This document shows positions 1 through 8,676 of a DNA stretch of 64,000 bases, piece by piece. The DNA is from a virus: positions 1-64,000 of IMG/VR virus record IMGVR_UViG_3300015360_000024; one strand, 5' to 3'. Below the pieces are notes generated by a model. The model was not told the DNA's origin and made no database searches. It was given only the letters and a program-made list of their open reading frames with translations. The position numbers and the translations under genes are program-made. Every line of letters starts with the position of its first letter. Position 1 is the first letter of the stretch.

Positions 1-31
1 GATCGTCTCCTGTATCTGGACAACCAGGTAC

Positions 32-460
32 ATGACCATCGCAACTGGGACATCATTCGCCGCCTACGCGACAGTATCTGGGATCTGGAGAAGCGGGCAG
101 CAGATCGTCACGGCCGTGAACTACACTTCGCAGATATCGAGAGTGAGCCAGATATCGAGAACGAGCCCGTCTGCTCGAAATGTGGTCATATCGGCTGCAG
201 AGGTTCCTATGACCATGCAAGACGATGACACGCCTGTTTATGTGCCGCTGCCGGAGTTCCAAATCGAGCAGCTGACGATCCAGCTCGTCGAGCTTCGCAA
301 AGAACACGAGCTGTGGCGGCCTATTATAGAGACCGCCAAGGTTGTATGCCAACGTTGGAAGGAAAGCGCTGGCGACTTTTCAGACGACGTCGGCAGGGCG
401 ATCGACATTTTGTTCAGCATGGTAAACGCTGCGGAATCCTCTAGGAGGGAAAATGGCTGA
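32..460 (+). CDS. hypothetical protein
   Basis: 142-aa ORF; its stop overlaps the next start, consistent with operon-like packing. Confidence 0.65.
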   Translation: MTIATGTSFAAYATVSGIWRSGQQIVTAVNYTSQISRVSQISRTSPSARNVVISAAEVPMTMQDDDTPVYVPLPEFQIEQLTIQLVELRKEHELWRPIIETAKVVCQRWKESAGDFSDDVGRAIDILFSMVNAAESSRRENG

Positions 461-656
461 AGACAAGAACGGAAACTACGTTCCCCTCGATCTGGAGGAG
501 CTACGCCTGCAGACTCACAAGCTTGCAGTCGAGCTGCCTCAGGTCTACCTCGATTACTTCACGAACGTCATCGAGGCGATCCAGATGCTGGAAGCTGAGC
601 GACGCACACGCCTCGCCTCGATCTGTGCGCGGATATCGCTCGCCTCCAAAAGATAG
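453..656 (+). CDS. hypothetical protein
   Basis: 67 aa, AGGAGG upstream, overlaps the previous stop. Confidence 0.7.
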   Translation: MAEDKNGNYVPLDLEELRLQTHKLAVELPQVYLDYFTNVIEAIQMLEAERRTRLASICARISLASKR

Positions 657-719
657 CCGAGTCCTGGAAGAACCGAGCCGAGAAGCATGGCTGTAACGTC
701 GATGATGGCGATCTAGACT

Positions 720-1151
720 GTGGCTGAGTCACTGACACCTGTCGAGCTTGCTTGCCAGCATCTCCGTGGCAACGAGGACGAAGACGATCCTGCCTGCAGG
801 CGCTGCCGCTCTCATGTTGGTCGCACGACCGATGGCGATCCAGCAACGTTTTGCGCAAAGTGCGCTTACGAGGTTCTCGATATCCTGGCCAAGGAGATCT
901 GCCGACTCGAAGACTCGCCTGAGTTGTTCGCAGCTCAGCGCCGTGCTGCGGCTCTTGAGAAGGAGTTGGCCACGTACCAGAAGAACAGGATGCTTCTGAC
1001 GTTCATCGACGAGATGGCGCTGACGGTTGGACAATCAGCCGTTGGACCGCTAAATCCAACCCAGGAACAAATGCTCTGGGAAATCAAGCAAGCCGCTCGC
1101 GGCACGGTTCCCGATTGGTTCCTCAAGGATTGGGAGGAACGGTCGAAATGA
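720..1151 (+). CDS. hypothetical protein with Cys motifs (CxxC)
   Basis: 143 aa, CRRC...CAKC. Confidence 0.65.
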   Translation: MAESLTPVELACQHLRGNEDEDDPACRRCRSHVGRTTDGDPATFCAKCAYEVLDILAKEICRLEDSPELFAAQRRAAALEKELATYQKNRMLLTFIDEMALTVGQSAVGPLNPTQEQMLWEIKQAARGTVPDWFLKDWEERSK

Positions 1152-1522
1152 CGCAGATCGAGAAGCTTCACAGACTCTGGAAGAAGACTTCCCCTGGAAC
1201 ATGGACGGCGCACCAGCACGGCTCTCGTCCGGACTGGAATCTTGAAGGGCCCGACATCGCCGTCCCGTTCATGCCGCAGGGTGATGCCGAATTCATCGCC
1301 GGAACGCACAAGGCTGTGCCATTGATCTTCGAGGAGATGAAGTGTCTCAGCGCCGATTCGGAGATGCTTTCGATGTACCAGAGGGTGCTTGGTGCTCAGC
1401 TTGGACATCTCGTCGAGCTTCTCGATAAGGCCAAGAAGTGGCGAGCTGGAGGTTCCGTCGAGGAATTCATCTCGGCTATCGATGAGGCCATAGAAAAAGA
1501 GTCAGGACCGCGTGTTGGTTGA
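1148..1522 (+). CDS. hypothetical phage protein (Ead/Ea22-like N-terminus)
   Basis: ATG at 1148 overlaps the previous TGA; KTSPGTW...DAEFIA pattern. Confidence 0.6.
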   Translation: MTQIEKLHRLWKKTSPGTWTAHQHGSRPDWNLEGPDIAVPFMPQGDAEFIAGTHKAVPLIFEEMKCLSADSEMLSMYQRVLGAQLGHLVELLDKAKKWRAGGSVEEFISAIDEAIEKESGPRVG

Positions 1523-1811
1523 TCCGAAGCGGCATATCGGCCCCAACCTGAAGAAGCTGATGATTCACTTCATGGCTGTCGATGCTGTCCCGCCGGGTGG
1601 CGGATTGCAGGCGGCCGTTGACCTGATCATGTCGCCGAATGGGATCAGGGATAGTGCGCAGCGATCTCTCGCGAAGGCACTTGCTGCGATCGATGCCATG
1701 CGTGCTGCGCCGGATAATCCGTACGGCAACGAAGAAGAAGTCATTGCAGGGGCGTTCGTGAAGCAGATCGAGGAGCGAAAAGCCGCGCAAGCGCTTGCGT
1801 CGAAGAAGTGA
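1512..1811 (+). CDS. hypothetical protein
   Basis: 99-aa ORF in a packed series. Confidence 0.65.
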   Translation: MLVDPKRHIGPNLKKLMIHFMAVDAVPPGGGLQAAVDLIMSPNGIRDSAQRSLAKALAAIDAMRAAPDNPYGNEEEVIAGAFVKQIEERKAAQALASKK

Positions 1812-2356
1812 CGGCCAGTAAAGCCTCAAGGAAGCGAAAGGGCTGCTGGGTGTGTGGTCAGCGGTTCGTTCGCGATCACTCGCTTTCGACTGCCGAGAGA
1901 AACACCTGCAGGCCGTGTTGGAGTGGCAGGGCCGTTCTCGACGGCAGATGGCAACCGGAAGAGCTGTTTCATCTGATCGTTGATGGGTCGTTCGTTACCC
2001 AGAGCGGTCAACGCGATGTCAACGAGCCAGGATATGGCGGGGCCGGCCTTGTGCTACTTGATGCTGGCGGCGTTGTGATCGCGCAGCAGTCCTGCGGCTT
2101 CGCAGCACAGCACAGTGCTGATGCTGAATTTCAGGCCATTGTGCGTGGGGCTCGATGGATGCCGCTTGTGACCGTCTATACCGACAGTCAGAGTCACATC
2201 GAACGGGTGCGCGGTGAATTCGGCCGAGATGTTCGGTTCCTTCCAATTAGGCGGTATCCCGGCTACGAACTAGCTCACGACCTCAGCGTCAATGGGCGGC
2301 TCCGCTTTATGGAGCAGATGATCGCCAGCGAGCAAGCCGATGAACCTAGACCGTGA
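1808..2356 (+). CDS. Zn-ribbon plus RNase H-like domain protein
   Basis: N-terminal CWVC/CRPC; IVDGS...GGAGLV...DAEFQAI...VYTDSQ...AHDLS match RNase HI acidic motifs. Confidence 0.7.
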   Translation: MTASKASRKRKGCWVCGQRFVRDHSLSTAERNTCRPCWSGRAVLDGRWQPEELFHLIVDGSFVTQSGQRDVNEPGYGGAGLVLLDAGGVVIAQQSCGFAAQHSADAEFQAIVRGARWMPLVTVYTDSQSHIERVRGEFGRDVRFLPIRRYPGYELAHDLSVNGRLRFMEQMIASEQADEPRP

Positions 2357-2597
2357 GCTACTCCAAGAAGAAATCCGCACGTTAGCGCACCAGTGCAAAT
2401 GCCGGGACTACAGCGGGCCGTGTCGGTCCTGTATGAAGTCCGAGAAGCTGGAGCGCAAGCTCGACAAACTTGAGGCCGAGGACGAGGTCATGAGCCGGAT
2501 TTCCGGCTGGTTGTTCGCCAACGGTCACGAGGCGGCTGCAACAGCGCTTGGTTGCGCCGATGCTCGTGGAGAGCTTCGAAAGCCTGAAAAAACCTGA
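2340..2597 (+). CDS. hypothetical protein
   Basis: 85 aa, overlapping start. Confidence 0.6.
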   Translation: MNLDRELLQEEIRTLAHQCKCRDYSGPCRSCMKSEKLERKLDKLEAEDEVMSRISGWLFANGHEAAATALGCADARGELRKPEKT

Positions 2598-2618
2598 CTG
2601 GTGGCCTGTAGGTAAGGC

Positions 2619-2858
2619 ATGGCCGCTCCACACCCGCCCCGCTGGCGCATTCGCTTCTCGTCTGCGAAGCAGATGGGCTTCGTTGCGTCTGGGTCGATTC
2701 CCAACCGTATCGAGTCTGAAGAGGCCTGGGCGCGTCGCTGGGAATCCAGGGAGGCTGCTGTGGCCCATGTGCTGCGGTATATCGATGCGTCGATCGTTAG
2801 CTCGCCGGACCAGCTGAGCATTAACGGGCCAACTTGCTACATCGAGGAACTGCCATGA
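2619..2858 (+). CDS. hypothetical protein
   Basis: 79 aa. Confidence 0.5.
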   Translation: MAAPHPPRWRIRFSSAKQMGFVASGSIPNRIESEEAWARRWESREAAVAHVLRYIDASIVSSPDQLSINGPTCYIEELP

Positions 2859-3088
2859 GGGCCTGCATTCGATGCGGTAACACCAGCGGTTACACCCTCA
2901 TCGGTGGTTCGTGCATTACATGCGAGTACGATGACTCGGACTGCGACGAGCTGGTGGCAAAGGGAAGGGCCGAAGCCGTCGAGGAGACCGTGACGTCGAT
3001 CGTCGCGTGGATGCGCAAGTCATTCGGTCACACCATCCGCAAGGAAGTCCTGGATGCCATTGAGCGTGGCGATTGGAAGAGCCCATGA
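2855..3088 (+). CDS. hypothetical Zn-ribbon protein
   Basis: ATGA overlap; CIRC...CITC. Confidence 0.6.
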   Translation: MRACIRCGNTSGYTLIGGSCITCEYDDSDCDELVAKGRAEAVEETVTSIVAWMRKSFGHTIRKEVLDAIERGDWKSP

Positions 3089-3313
3089 GCATGCGAAGCA
3101 ATCACCCACAGCGTGGCGAGATCGACCGTATCGCCAAGATGCTGATGGATGTCTGGGCAAAGGCCGAACCGGATCACGGCGTCACCAAATACCCCACTCC
3201 ATCTCGCAGTTGCTGTCGCCCGAGAGGTGGGACTACGGCCCCGCGCCAGCCAAGCCTCTCAAGGCGAAGGCCACCTAGACAATCGTCGATACAGGTGCGA
3301 TGGTCCTACGCGA

Positions 3314-3544
3314 ATGTCTGCGCTCATCGAGGGGTTACTGGTCCAGGTCGCCGAGAAGGCTGGCGACGATACGGTTCAGGTCCGTGTTGCCGATCTGAAG
3401 CTGGTGTGCGCTCAGGCGACGGCGCGGGCTCAGATGATCGCCATCTACGAAGAAATGCTGAAGTTGGCTGCTGAGTCCATGACCACCGGACAGCCGAACC
3501 CCGACCTTGTTCAGGTCATCATCAAGGCAATCTCAGCGAGGTAG
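3314..3544 (+). CDS. hypothetical protein
   Basis: MSALIEGLL..., helical; start chosen at the ATG at 3314. Confidence 0.55.
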   Translation: MSALIEGLLVQVAEKAGDDTVQVRVADLKLVCAQATARAQMIAIYEEMLKLAAESMTTGQPNPDLVQVIIKAISAR

Positions 3545-3546
3545 CA

Positions 3547-3996
3547 GTGATCTACGAAATCATTAACCCATCCGATGCCGTCACTATCGAAGCCCAGGAC
3601 TCAGTTCTGGCCTCGATAGCCATCATCGTTCTCGGCAACGGCCAGTACGGTCTCTACGACGAAGACGGCCGCACGGTCCTCGGCATCTTCGCGCTGTCGA
3701 AGCCGGAGAAGTTGATCGAGTGGCTTAGGGATAACGGCGTCGAAGACGCAAAGATGGACGAGTTCTACGCAAAGAACGGGGAAGAGATCGCAGCCATTCT
3801 TGAGTCGGTTGTCTATGGCAAGATTGAAGATCGCAAGGCAATCACGGCGCTGACCGAATCAATGACCAAGTCGGACCGGCTCAAGGCTTTGGCCAAGTAC
3901 AACGACTCCAAGCGGTCGTCGATGAACAACATCGGGTCCGCTGCCTCGGAACTAGCCAAGGGGTTTCGCAAGAAGGCACAGGAAGCTCAGCGATGA
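3547..3996 (+). CDS. hypothetical protein
   Basis: 149 aa, GAGG upstream. Confidence 0.7.
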   Translation: MIYEIINPSDAVTIEAQDSVLASIAIIVLGNGQYGLYDEDGRTVLGIFALSKPEKLIEWLRDNGVEDAKMDEFYAKNGEEIAAILESVVYGKIEDRKAITALTESMTKSDRLKALAKYNDSKRSSMNNIGSAASELAKGFRKKAQEAQR

Positions 3997-4265
3997 AGTT
4001 TCAAGATCTGCTTCATCTGGCGTCGATTGCTCAGTCCAAGGATGCTGTCGACGCCATCCTTAAGACTGACCGCGAGGTCTGCGATATGCTGGGCAAGGCC
4101 ATCATCGACCTATTCGGTGAATCTCTTGCGTGCGGCTTCGAATCTCCTCGCGTCTCCGGCAACGCCGTTACGATCCCAGAGCAGTGGGTCGGCCCCATCG
4201 AGCCGCCCGATCTTCGCACCCTCGTCAACGCTCTCATGATGGTGGCCGATGAAGTCCCATCCTGA
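3993..4265 (+). CDS. hypothetical protein
   Basis: 90 aa, ATGA overlap. Confidence 0.65.
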   Translation: MKFQDLLHLASIAQSKDAVDAILKTDREVCDMLGKAIIDLFGESLACGFESPRVSGNAVTIPEQWVGPIEPPDLRTLVNALMMVADEVPS

Positions 4266-4320
4266 TCCAGAAGTTACACACGCCTACCTCGGCTTCTTCC
4301 GCTGTGGGCACATGAATTGA

Positions 4321-4503
4321 ATGGGCGTCGACGAGCGAGACCCAGAAGAGGCTGACAGCCTCGCCAGTGACGTTTCAGAAGTCATTCGTGGTGGCGGTTG
4401 GGTTACCAGGGTGACGCTGGAGGAGGCTCGCGCAACCCAGTTCGGCTGCCCGGACGAGTGCCCTCTGTCCTGGAAGAACAACATCGAGAGCGCCAAGAAG
4501 TGA
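4321..4503 (+). CDS. hypothetical protein
   Basis: 60 aa. Confidence 0.45.
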   Translation: MGVDERDPEEADSLASDVSEVIRGGGWVTRVTLEEARATQFGCPDECPLSWKNNIESAKK

Positions 4504-4679
4504 GTCGCAAGCTGAATTTGCTTCCTGGGCTCAGGTGGAAGGGTCACTTGAAGATCCTTGAAGAGCGCAAGGATGGCTACGTCGTGCAGTTCACGGCGCA
4601 GAGCAAGACGGAATGGATTTACGACCACACAGTACTAACCGCCAAGCAGTTAAAAGACTGGACCGGATGGAGCAGATGA
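4500..4679 (+). CDS. hypothetical protein
   Basis: GTGA overlap start, 59 aa. Confidence 0.55.
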   Translation: MSRKLNLLPGLRWKGHLKILEERKDGYVVQFTAQSKTEWIYDHTVLTAKQLKDWTGWSR

Positions 4680-4807
4680 GCATCACGTACGATCAGAAAC
4701 GACACGTTTTCTATATCGATGTCGGAGACATGGACCCCAAGGAAGCGCTCGCGTACATCGAGAAGGTCCGCGAGGAATACAAGCGCAAGCGGGATGCCCA
4801 GAAGTGA
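4676..4807 (+). CDS. 43-aa protein resembling a T4-type portal segment
   Basis: MSITYDQKRHVFYIDVGDMDPKEALAYIEKVREEYKRK; ATGA and GTGA overlaps at the two ends. Confidence 0.6.
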   Translation: MSITYDQKRHVFYIDVGDMDPKEALAYIEKVREEYKRKRDAQK

Positions 4808-5199
4808 TCACGGCCGACCAACTGCTTGCGCACGCCATCGGCGACTACATTCTTCAAACGGACTGGATGGCCACCGAGAAGACTAAGAAGTCGATAGCTG
4901 CGGCCATTCACGTCGTCACGTATGCGTTGCCGTTCATGTTGATTACGATGTCGTGGCCTGCGCTCGCCGTCATCGTGAGCACCCACTTTATCATTGATCG
5001 CTGGCGGCTGGCTCGTCAGTTCATCTGGTTCAAGAATCGTCTGCTGACGCCTTTTATTGAGCTGGAGGGATGGGCCGAATGCTCTGCCACGGGGTTCAGT
5101 CCGTCTCGACCGCCTTGGCTCGCGGTTTGGTTGCTGATCTTTACGGATAACATCATCCACGTGACAATCAACGGCGCAGCGATTATGTGGCTGTCATGA
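4804..5199 (+). CDS. DUF3307-like membrane protein
   Basis: AHAIGDYILQTDWMATEK...THFIIDRW...DNIIH motifs with hydrophobic segments. Confidence 0.75.
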   Translation: MITADQLLAHAIGDYILQTDWMATEKTKKSIAAAIHVVTYALPFMLITMSWPALAVIVSTHFIIDRWRLARQFIWFKNRLLTPFIELEGWAECSATGFSPSRPPWLAVWLLIFTDNIIHVTINGAAIMWLS

Positions 5200-5585
5200 C
5201 CGTCGACGCCGAGAGATTACTCCGCCTACTCCATAGAGCCACGAAACGGCCGTGGAAACAGGAGTTCGCATACAACAACACGGGATGCCCGACAGCTGAC
5301 TTCTATATTCCTGGCCATAACGGCAACGCCACTGTGGAGATTCTCGCCGACGATGCGGCCCTCATCGTGGACGGCATTGAAATGTTGCCGGCGCTTCTGA
5401 AGGTGTTCGACGCGGCAGTGGAGTTCAAGAACTGCCACGTATCCGACTCGGAATCGATGAGCGATTTCGATCGCCAACTTCAGGTTGGCAAATTGTTCGG
5501 AACGCGAGACAAGCTCCTGTTGGCCATCGAGGAGGCGCTTCGTGAAGAAGAAGTCGACGAAGACGAAGACAGCAGCGAAGCCTAA
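5196..5585 (+). CDS. hypothetical phage protein
   Basis: ATGA overlap; ATKRPW...DAALIV. Confidence 0.65.
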   Translation: MTVDAERLLRLLHRATKRPWKQEFAYNNTGCPTADFYIPGHNGNATVEILADDAALIVDGIEMLPALLKVFDAAVEFKNCHVSDSESMSDFDRQLQVGKLFGTRDKLLLAIEEALREEEVDEDEDSSEA

Positions 5586-5877
5586 GTCTCCCAAGGGCGC
5601 TAAGCACTTCGTCGAGTACGTCGCCCTGGGTGGTCGTAGCGATGCGTACAAGTGCATCTGCGGCTGGCAGAGCGAAGGCTACTGGGATTTCGCGGAGGCG
5701 GCCTGGGATGAGTGGTTGCTTCATGCGTTCGACACCAAGACCGAGGTCCGCCCAAAGGACTACGATCGTCAGGCGAAGATTGTGCTCGCTCGCAAGAATC
5801 AGCTGGAGCGCCTTGAGAAGGACCGCGACCGCCTGAACCAGAGGATCGACAAGCTCAAACCCAAGAAGAGAAAATGA
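5542..5877 (+). CDS. hypothetical protein (CxC...H, basic tails)
   Basis: GTG start after GGAGG; YKCICGW...WLLH. Confidence 0.6.
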   Translation: MKKKSTKTKTAAKPKSPKGAKHFVEYVALGGRSDAYKCICGWQSEGYWDFAEAAWDEWLLHAFDTKTEVRPKDYDRQAKIVLARKNQLERLEKDRDRLNQRIDKLKPKKRK

Positions 5878-6275
5878 GCAAGACGCTGTTCGAGATCCTC
5901 AGCGAGACGAAGCTCGATGAGAAGCCCAAGGACGAGCCAGACGACCAGCGGCCCTACGATATGAATTGCATCGCGCTCGTCGCTGCAAACAAGCGCGGCG
6001 GCGTCATGGTTCATGTAAAGCCGCACTGCGCTCTATGGTGGGAAATGCAGGAGATGGGAAGCATCGACCTTGGCGACTACGGGCTCGATCTCGCCCCCGA
6101 AGGAGTTAGCATCTGGGAGGGCACGGCAGTCTGGCAGCGCGGCGGCTGGGAATGCCCAGAGGACGGCCAGATGGATTACAGCGGAGCCTTCCGTCGTCTG
6201 ACGTCAGAGGAAGCCGCCAAGATGCAGGCCGGCGAATCGCTTTGGCCCGAGGAGCAAGATGTCGACGAAGACTAA
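5874..6275 (+). CDS. hypothetical protein
   Basis: 133 aa, ATGA overlap. Confidence 0.7.
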   Translation: MSKTLFEILSETKLDEKPKDEPDDQRPYDMNCIALVAANKRGGVMVHVKPHCALWWEMQEMGSIDLGDYGLDLAPEGVSIWEGTAVWQRGGWECPEDGQMDYSGAFRRLTSEEAAKMQAGESLWPEEQDVDED

Positions 6276-6558
6276 AGAGCGGAAGTCCAAGGAGACCTAT
6301 CGTCAATGCGTAATGGCTTCGGTTAAAGGTTGCCAGCAGTACGTCGCCTGGCTTCCGACGAAGGACGTTAAGATCGGAAGGATCATTCGCATCGACGGCA
6401 TCGAAGGTAACTGGAAGATTGTCGATGCTGGCACCCCGCGTCCCGATTTCATCGTCGAGGCGTACGCCGAGAACGGCAGGAAGGGCCTGCCGGATGGCCA
6501 GGGTCCGAGCACGCCGATGCGAGATGCCGAGGCACAGTATCGGAAAGGTCAGGCCTGA
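6259..6558 (+). CDS. hypothetical protein
   Basis: 99 aa, GGAG upstream. Confidence 0.65.
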   Translation: MSTKTKERKSKETYRQCVMASVKGCQQYVAWLPTKDVKIGRIIRIDGIEGNWKIVDAGTPRPDFIVEAYAENGRKGLPDGQGPSTPMRDAEAQYRKGQA

Positions 6559-6857
6559 TGGCCAAGTACAGGTATTGGATGCTCGATGACGACGAGGATC
6601 CTGAGAACGATCCGACCGTCGAAGCCAGCGACCCCCAGGACGCAGCCGAGACGGCCTGTGAAGATCTCATCAACGATGGTGATTCGGACTTCGCTCGCAA
6701 CAACAAGATCGAACTTGCTGTACGTTTGGTGAGTGGTGGCCCCGCTCATATGTTCGAGACCTACGTCGACTGGTCACCGAACTGTACAGCGTATCCTCGT
6801 GGGGTAATGCCAGAGGAGACCGACGATGGAAAAGACGCAGAAACTCTGGCGGATTGA
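6558..6857 (+). CDS. hypothetical acidic protein
   Basis: 99 aa, TGATG overlap. Confidence 0.7.
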   Translation: MAKYRYWMLDDDEDPENDPTVEASDPQDAAETACEDLINDGDSDFARNNKIELAVRLVSGGPAHMFETYVDWSPNCTAYPRGVMPEETDDGKDAETLAD

Positions 6858-7071
6858 AGCCTTCAGACCACACAAAGGCCGCGTATGGCACGGCATCGTC
6901 GAGCGTACGAAGGCTGGTGGTGGAGTCGTGATGTACTGCAAGCCGAGCTACGTCACCATCGACAGCTGGGCCGAGTACTCGGACGATTTCGCGCATTGCA
7001 AGGAGCACGGTTGGAAGATGTGCGTCGGTTGCGATCGGGTCATCACGGACATCGAGTTCAACGGCAACTGA
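6826..7071 (+). CDS. hypothetical protein
   Basis: 81 aa. Confidence 0.6.
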   Translation: MEKTQKLWRIEAFRPHKGRVWHGIVERTKAGGGVVMYCKPSYVTIDSWAEYSDDFAHCKEHGWKMCVGCDRVITDIEFNGN

Positions 7072-7409
7072 TGAAGATCTTCGTCTTTGGATCGAACGTC
7101 GCCGGCAGACACGGCAAGGGCGCCGCCCTCGACGCCAAGGAGCTATGGGAGGCCGAGTACGGCGTTGGCGAAGGCCGCACCGGCCGCGCCTATGCGATCC
7201 CCACCAAGGACGCTTCGCTCAAGGTCCGGTCGCTGCAGGACATTAAAGTTTCCGTGGAAAAATTCAAGAAGTACGCGAAGGCACATCCTGACCTGACGTT
7301 CTTTGTGACGAGAATCGGCTGTGGTCTTGCTGGTTACAAGGACAAGGACATCGGCCCGATGTTCGTTGGGTCTCCGAGTAATTGCGAGCTTCCGGAAGGC
7401 TGGGGATGA
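7071..7409 (+). CDS. A1S_2505-like phage protein (macrodomain-like)
   Basis: IFVFGSNVAGRHGKGAA...GEGRTGRAYAIPTK...FFVTRIGCGLAG signature. Confidence 0.8.
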   Translation: MKIFVFGSNVAGRHGKGAALDAKELWEAEYGVGEGRTGRAYAIPTKDASLKVRSLQDIKVSVEKFKKYAKAHPDLTFFVTRIGCGLAGYKDKDIGPMFVGSPSNCELPEGWG

Positions 7410-7666
7410 AGGAGAAGGTCAACTACTCGAAGATCCGTGGCGTCACCGTTTGGGAGGATTGCGACTTCTGCAAAGGGAAGCGGCGACTTCCTGGCGGCAA
7501 GTACAAGGACCAGGGTGAGGTCGTTGATTGTCCGATCTGCAACGGCCTCGGTGTCACGAAGCTCATCGTCAGCATGGCTCAGTTTCATACCCTGCTGACA
7601 ATGACGAAGAAGCGCGTTACGACGCGCACATGGAAGCAAAAGCAAAAGCCAAAGCCCAAGAGGTAG
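7406..7666 (+). CDS. DnaJ-type CxxCxGxG zinc-finger protein
   Basis: CDFCKGKR...CPICNGLG. Confidence 0.65.
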   Translation: MKEKVNYSKIRGVTVWEDCDFCKGKRRLPGGKYKDQGEVVDCPICNGLGVTKLIVSMAQFHTLLTMTKKRVTTRTWKQKQKPKPKR

Positions 7667-8100
7667 ATCGCACCGAGGTCATAGAATTCTGTCCAGGATG
7701 CTTTTCATCAAGTGATGGTGGATCTTGTGGTGAAGGAATCGTCGGCGGAAACTGCTACAACTGCGGAGCTGGAAGCGATGTTCGAATCCCAAGGTGGGCG
7801 GTCGAGTCGATTCGCACGCAAGCCTCATGGGTTGGCCGACGGTACTATCCGGGCCCCGAGGATAAAGAGAACGCGCAGGAGTTGAAGTACCTACGCGCCC
7901 TACCAAAGGCTTTCCCTGGCCGAAGCGCGGAACCAGACAAGGAAGAAAAATATCGGTGGTGGGTGAAACAGGAACTGCCATCCACTACCGGCAGTAAGAG
8001 CGTCTCTACGATGGTCAAGGCTTCTTCAACTGAGGATGCCATCGAAGCTTCTCGCTTCGTGCTGCCATACGTTCCCGCTGAGGCGCTCAATGGGAAGTAG
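7630..8100 (+). CDS. hypothetical Cys-rich protein
   Basis: CPGC...CYNC; start chosen at the ATG at 7630. Confidence 0.6.
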   Translation: MEAKAKAKAQEVDRTEVIEFCPGCFSSSDGGSCGEGIVGGNCYNCGAGSDVRIPRWAVESIRTQASWVGRRYYPGPEDKENAQELKYLRALPKAFPGRSAEPDKEEKYRWWVKQELPSTTGSKSVSTMVKASSTEDAIEASRFVLPYVPAEALNGK

Positions 8101-8452
8101 AGATCACAGCATCGAGTGCGAAAAATGCGGCCTGATGCGCGGAGGTCTAAACGACCTGAAGTGCGATTGCGACCTAGGCACGCCTCCTGCCGCGCCAACG
8201 TGGCATGGAACATTCGCCCAGGCTGACTCAGCTCGGGCGTTGATGGATGCGCTGATCTACCCCCGGCGCGATTTCGACCACGCCTGGGAGCAGGCAACCC
8301 TACATTGGGGCAGATTCGGCGAAGTTCCCGCCAGAATAGCCTTGCTTGAGGTTGCCCTGCTGGAGGCGTGCGAAATCGCTACCAAGGGTAAGTTGTCGGA
8401 TCCAGCTGATATGGATCGAATCCAGGCCCTGAAAGTCATGGCTCTCAGGTAG
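8090..8452 (+). CDS. hypothetical protein
   Basis: CEKC...CDC N-terminus. Confidence 0.6.
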   Translation: MGSRDHSIECEKCGLMRGGLNDLKCDCDLGTPPAAPTWHGTFAQADSARALMDALIYPRRDFDHAWEQATLHWGRFGEVPARIALLEVALLEACEIATKGKLSDPADMDRIQALKVMALR

Positions 8453-8460
8453 AAAAACAC

Positions 8461-8676
8461 ATGGACGATTCCAAGTGGGAGGATTCCGCCACGCAGTGGC
8501 AGACCAACTATCTCAGGGTGAAGGCAGATCGCGATGCACTTGAAGCAAAGCTGCGAAAGATCTGCGAAGCTGGTATGAAGGTGCAGCGTGGATGCGACTG
8601 TGAGTACGATTACCGCTGTGGTAACTGCGAACAGATCCTGCAATTGCTTGGCACCATTGAGGAGATGATCCGATGA
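8461..8676 (+). CDS. hypothetical protein
   Basis: 71 aa, coiled coil plus CDC...CGNC. Confidence 0.6.
   Translation: MDDSKWEDSATQWQTNYLRVKADRDALEAKLRKICEAGMKVQRGCDCEYDYRCGNCEQILQLLGTIEEMIR

Noticed and set aside
3085-3300. ORF starting MSMRSNHPQRGEID... loses coherence after DHGVTKYP; possible frameshift or deletion junction
   Set aside because: Three frames are open downstream and none is clearly the continuation; cannot call a product or a programmed event
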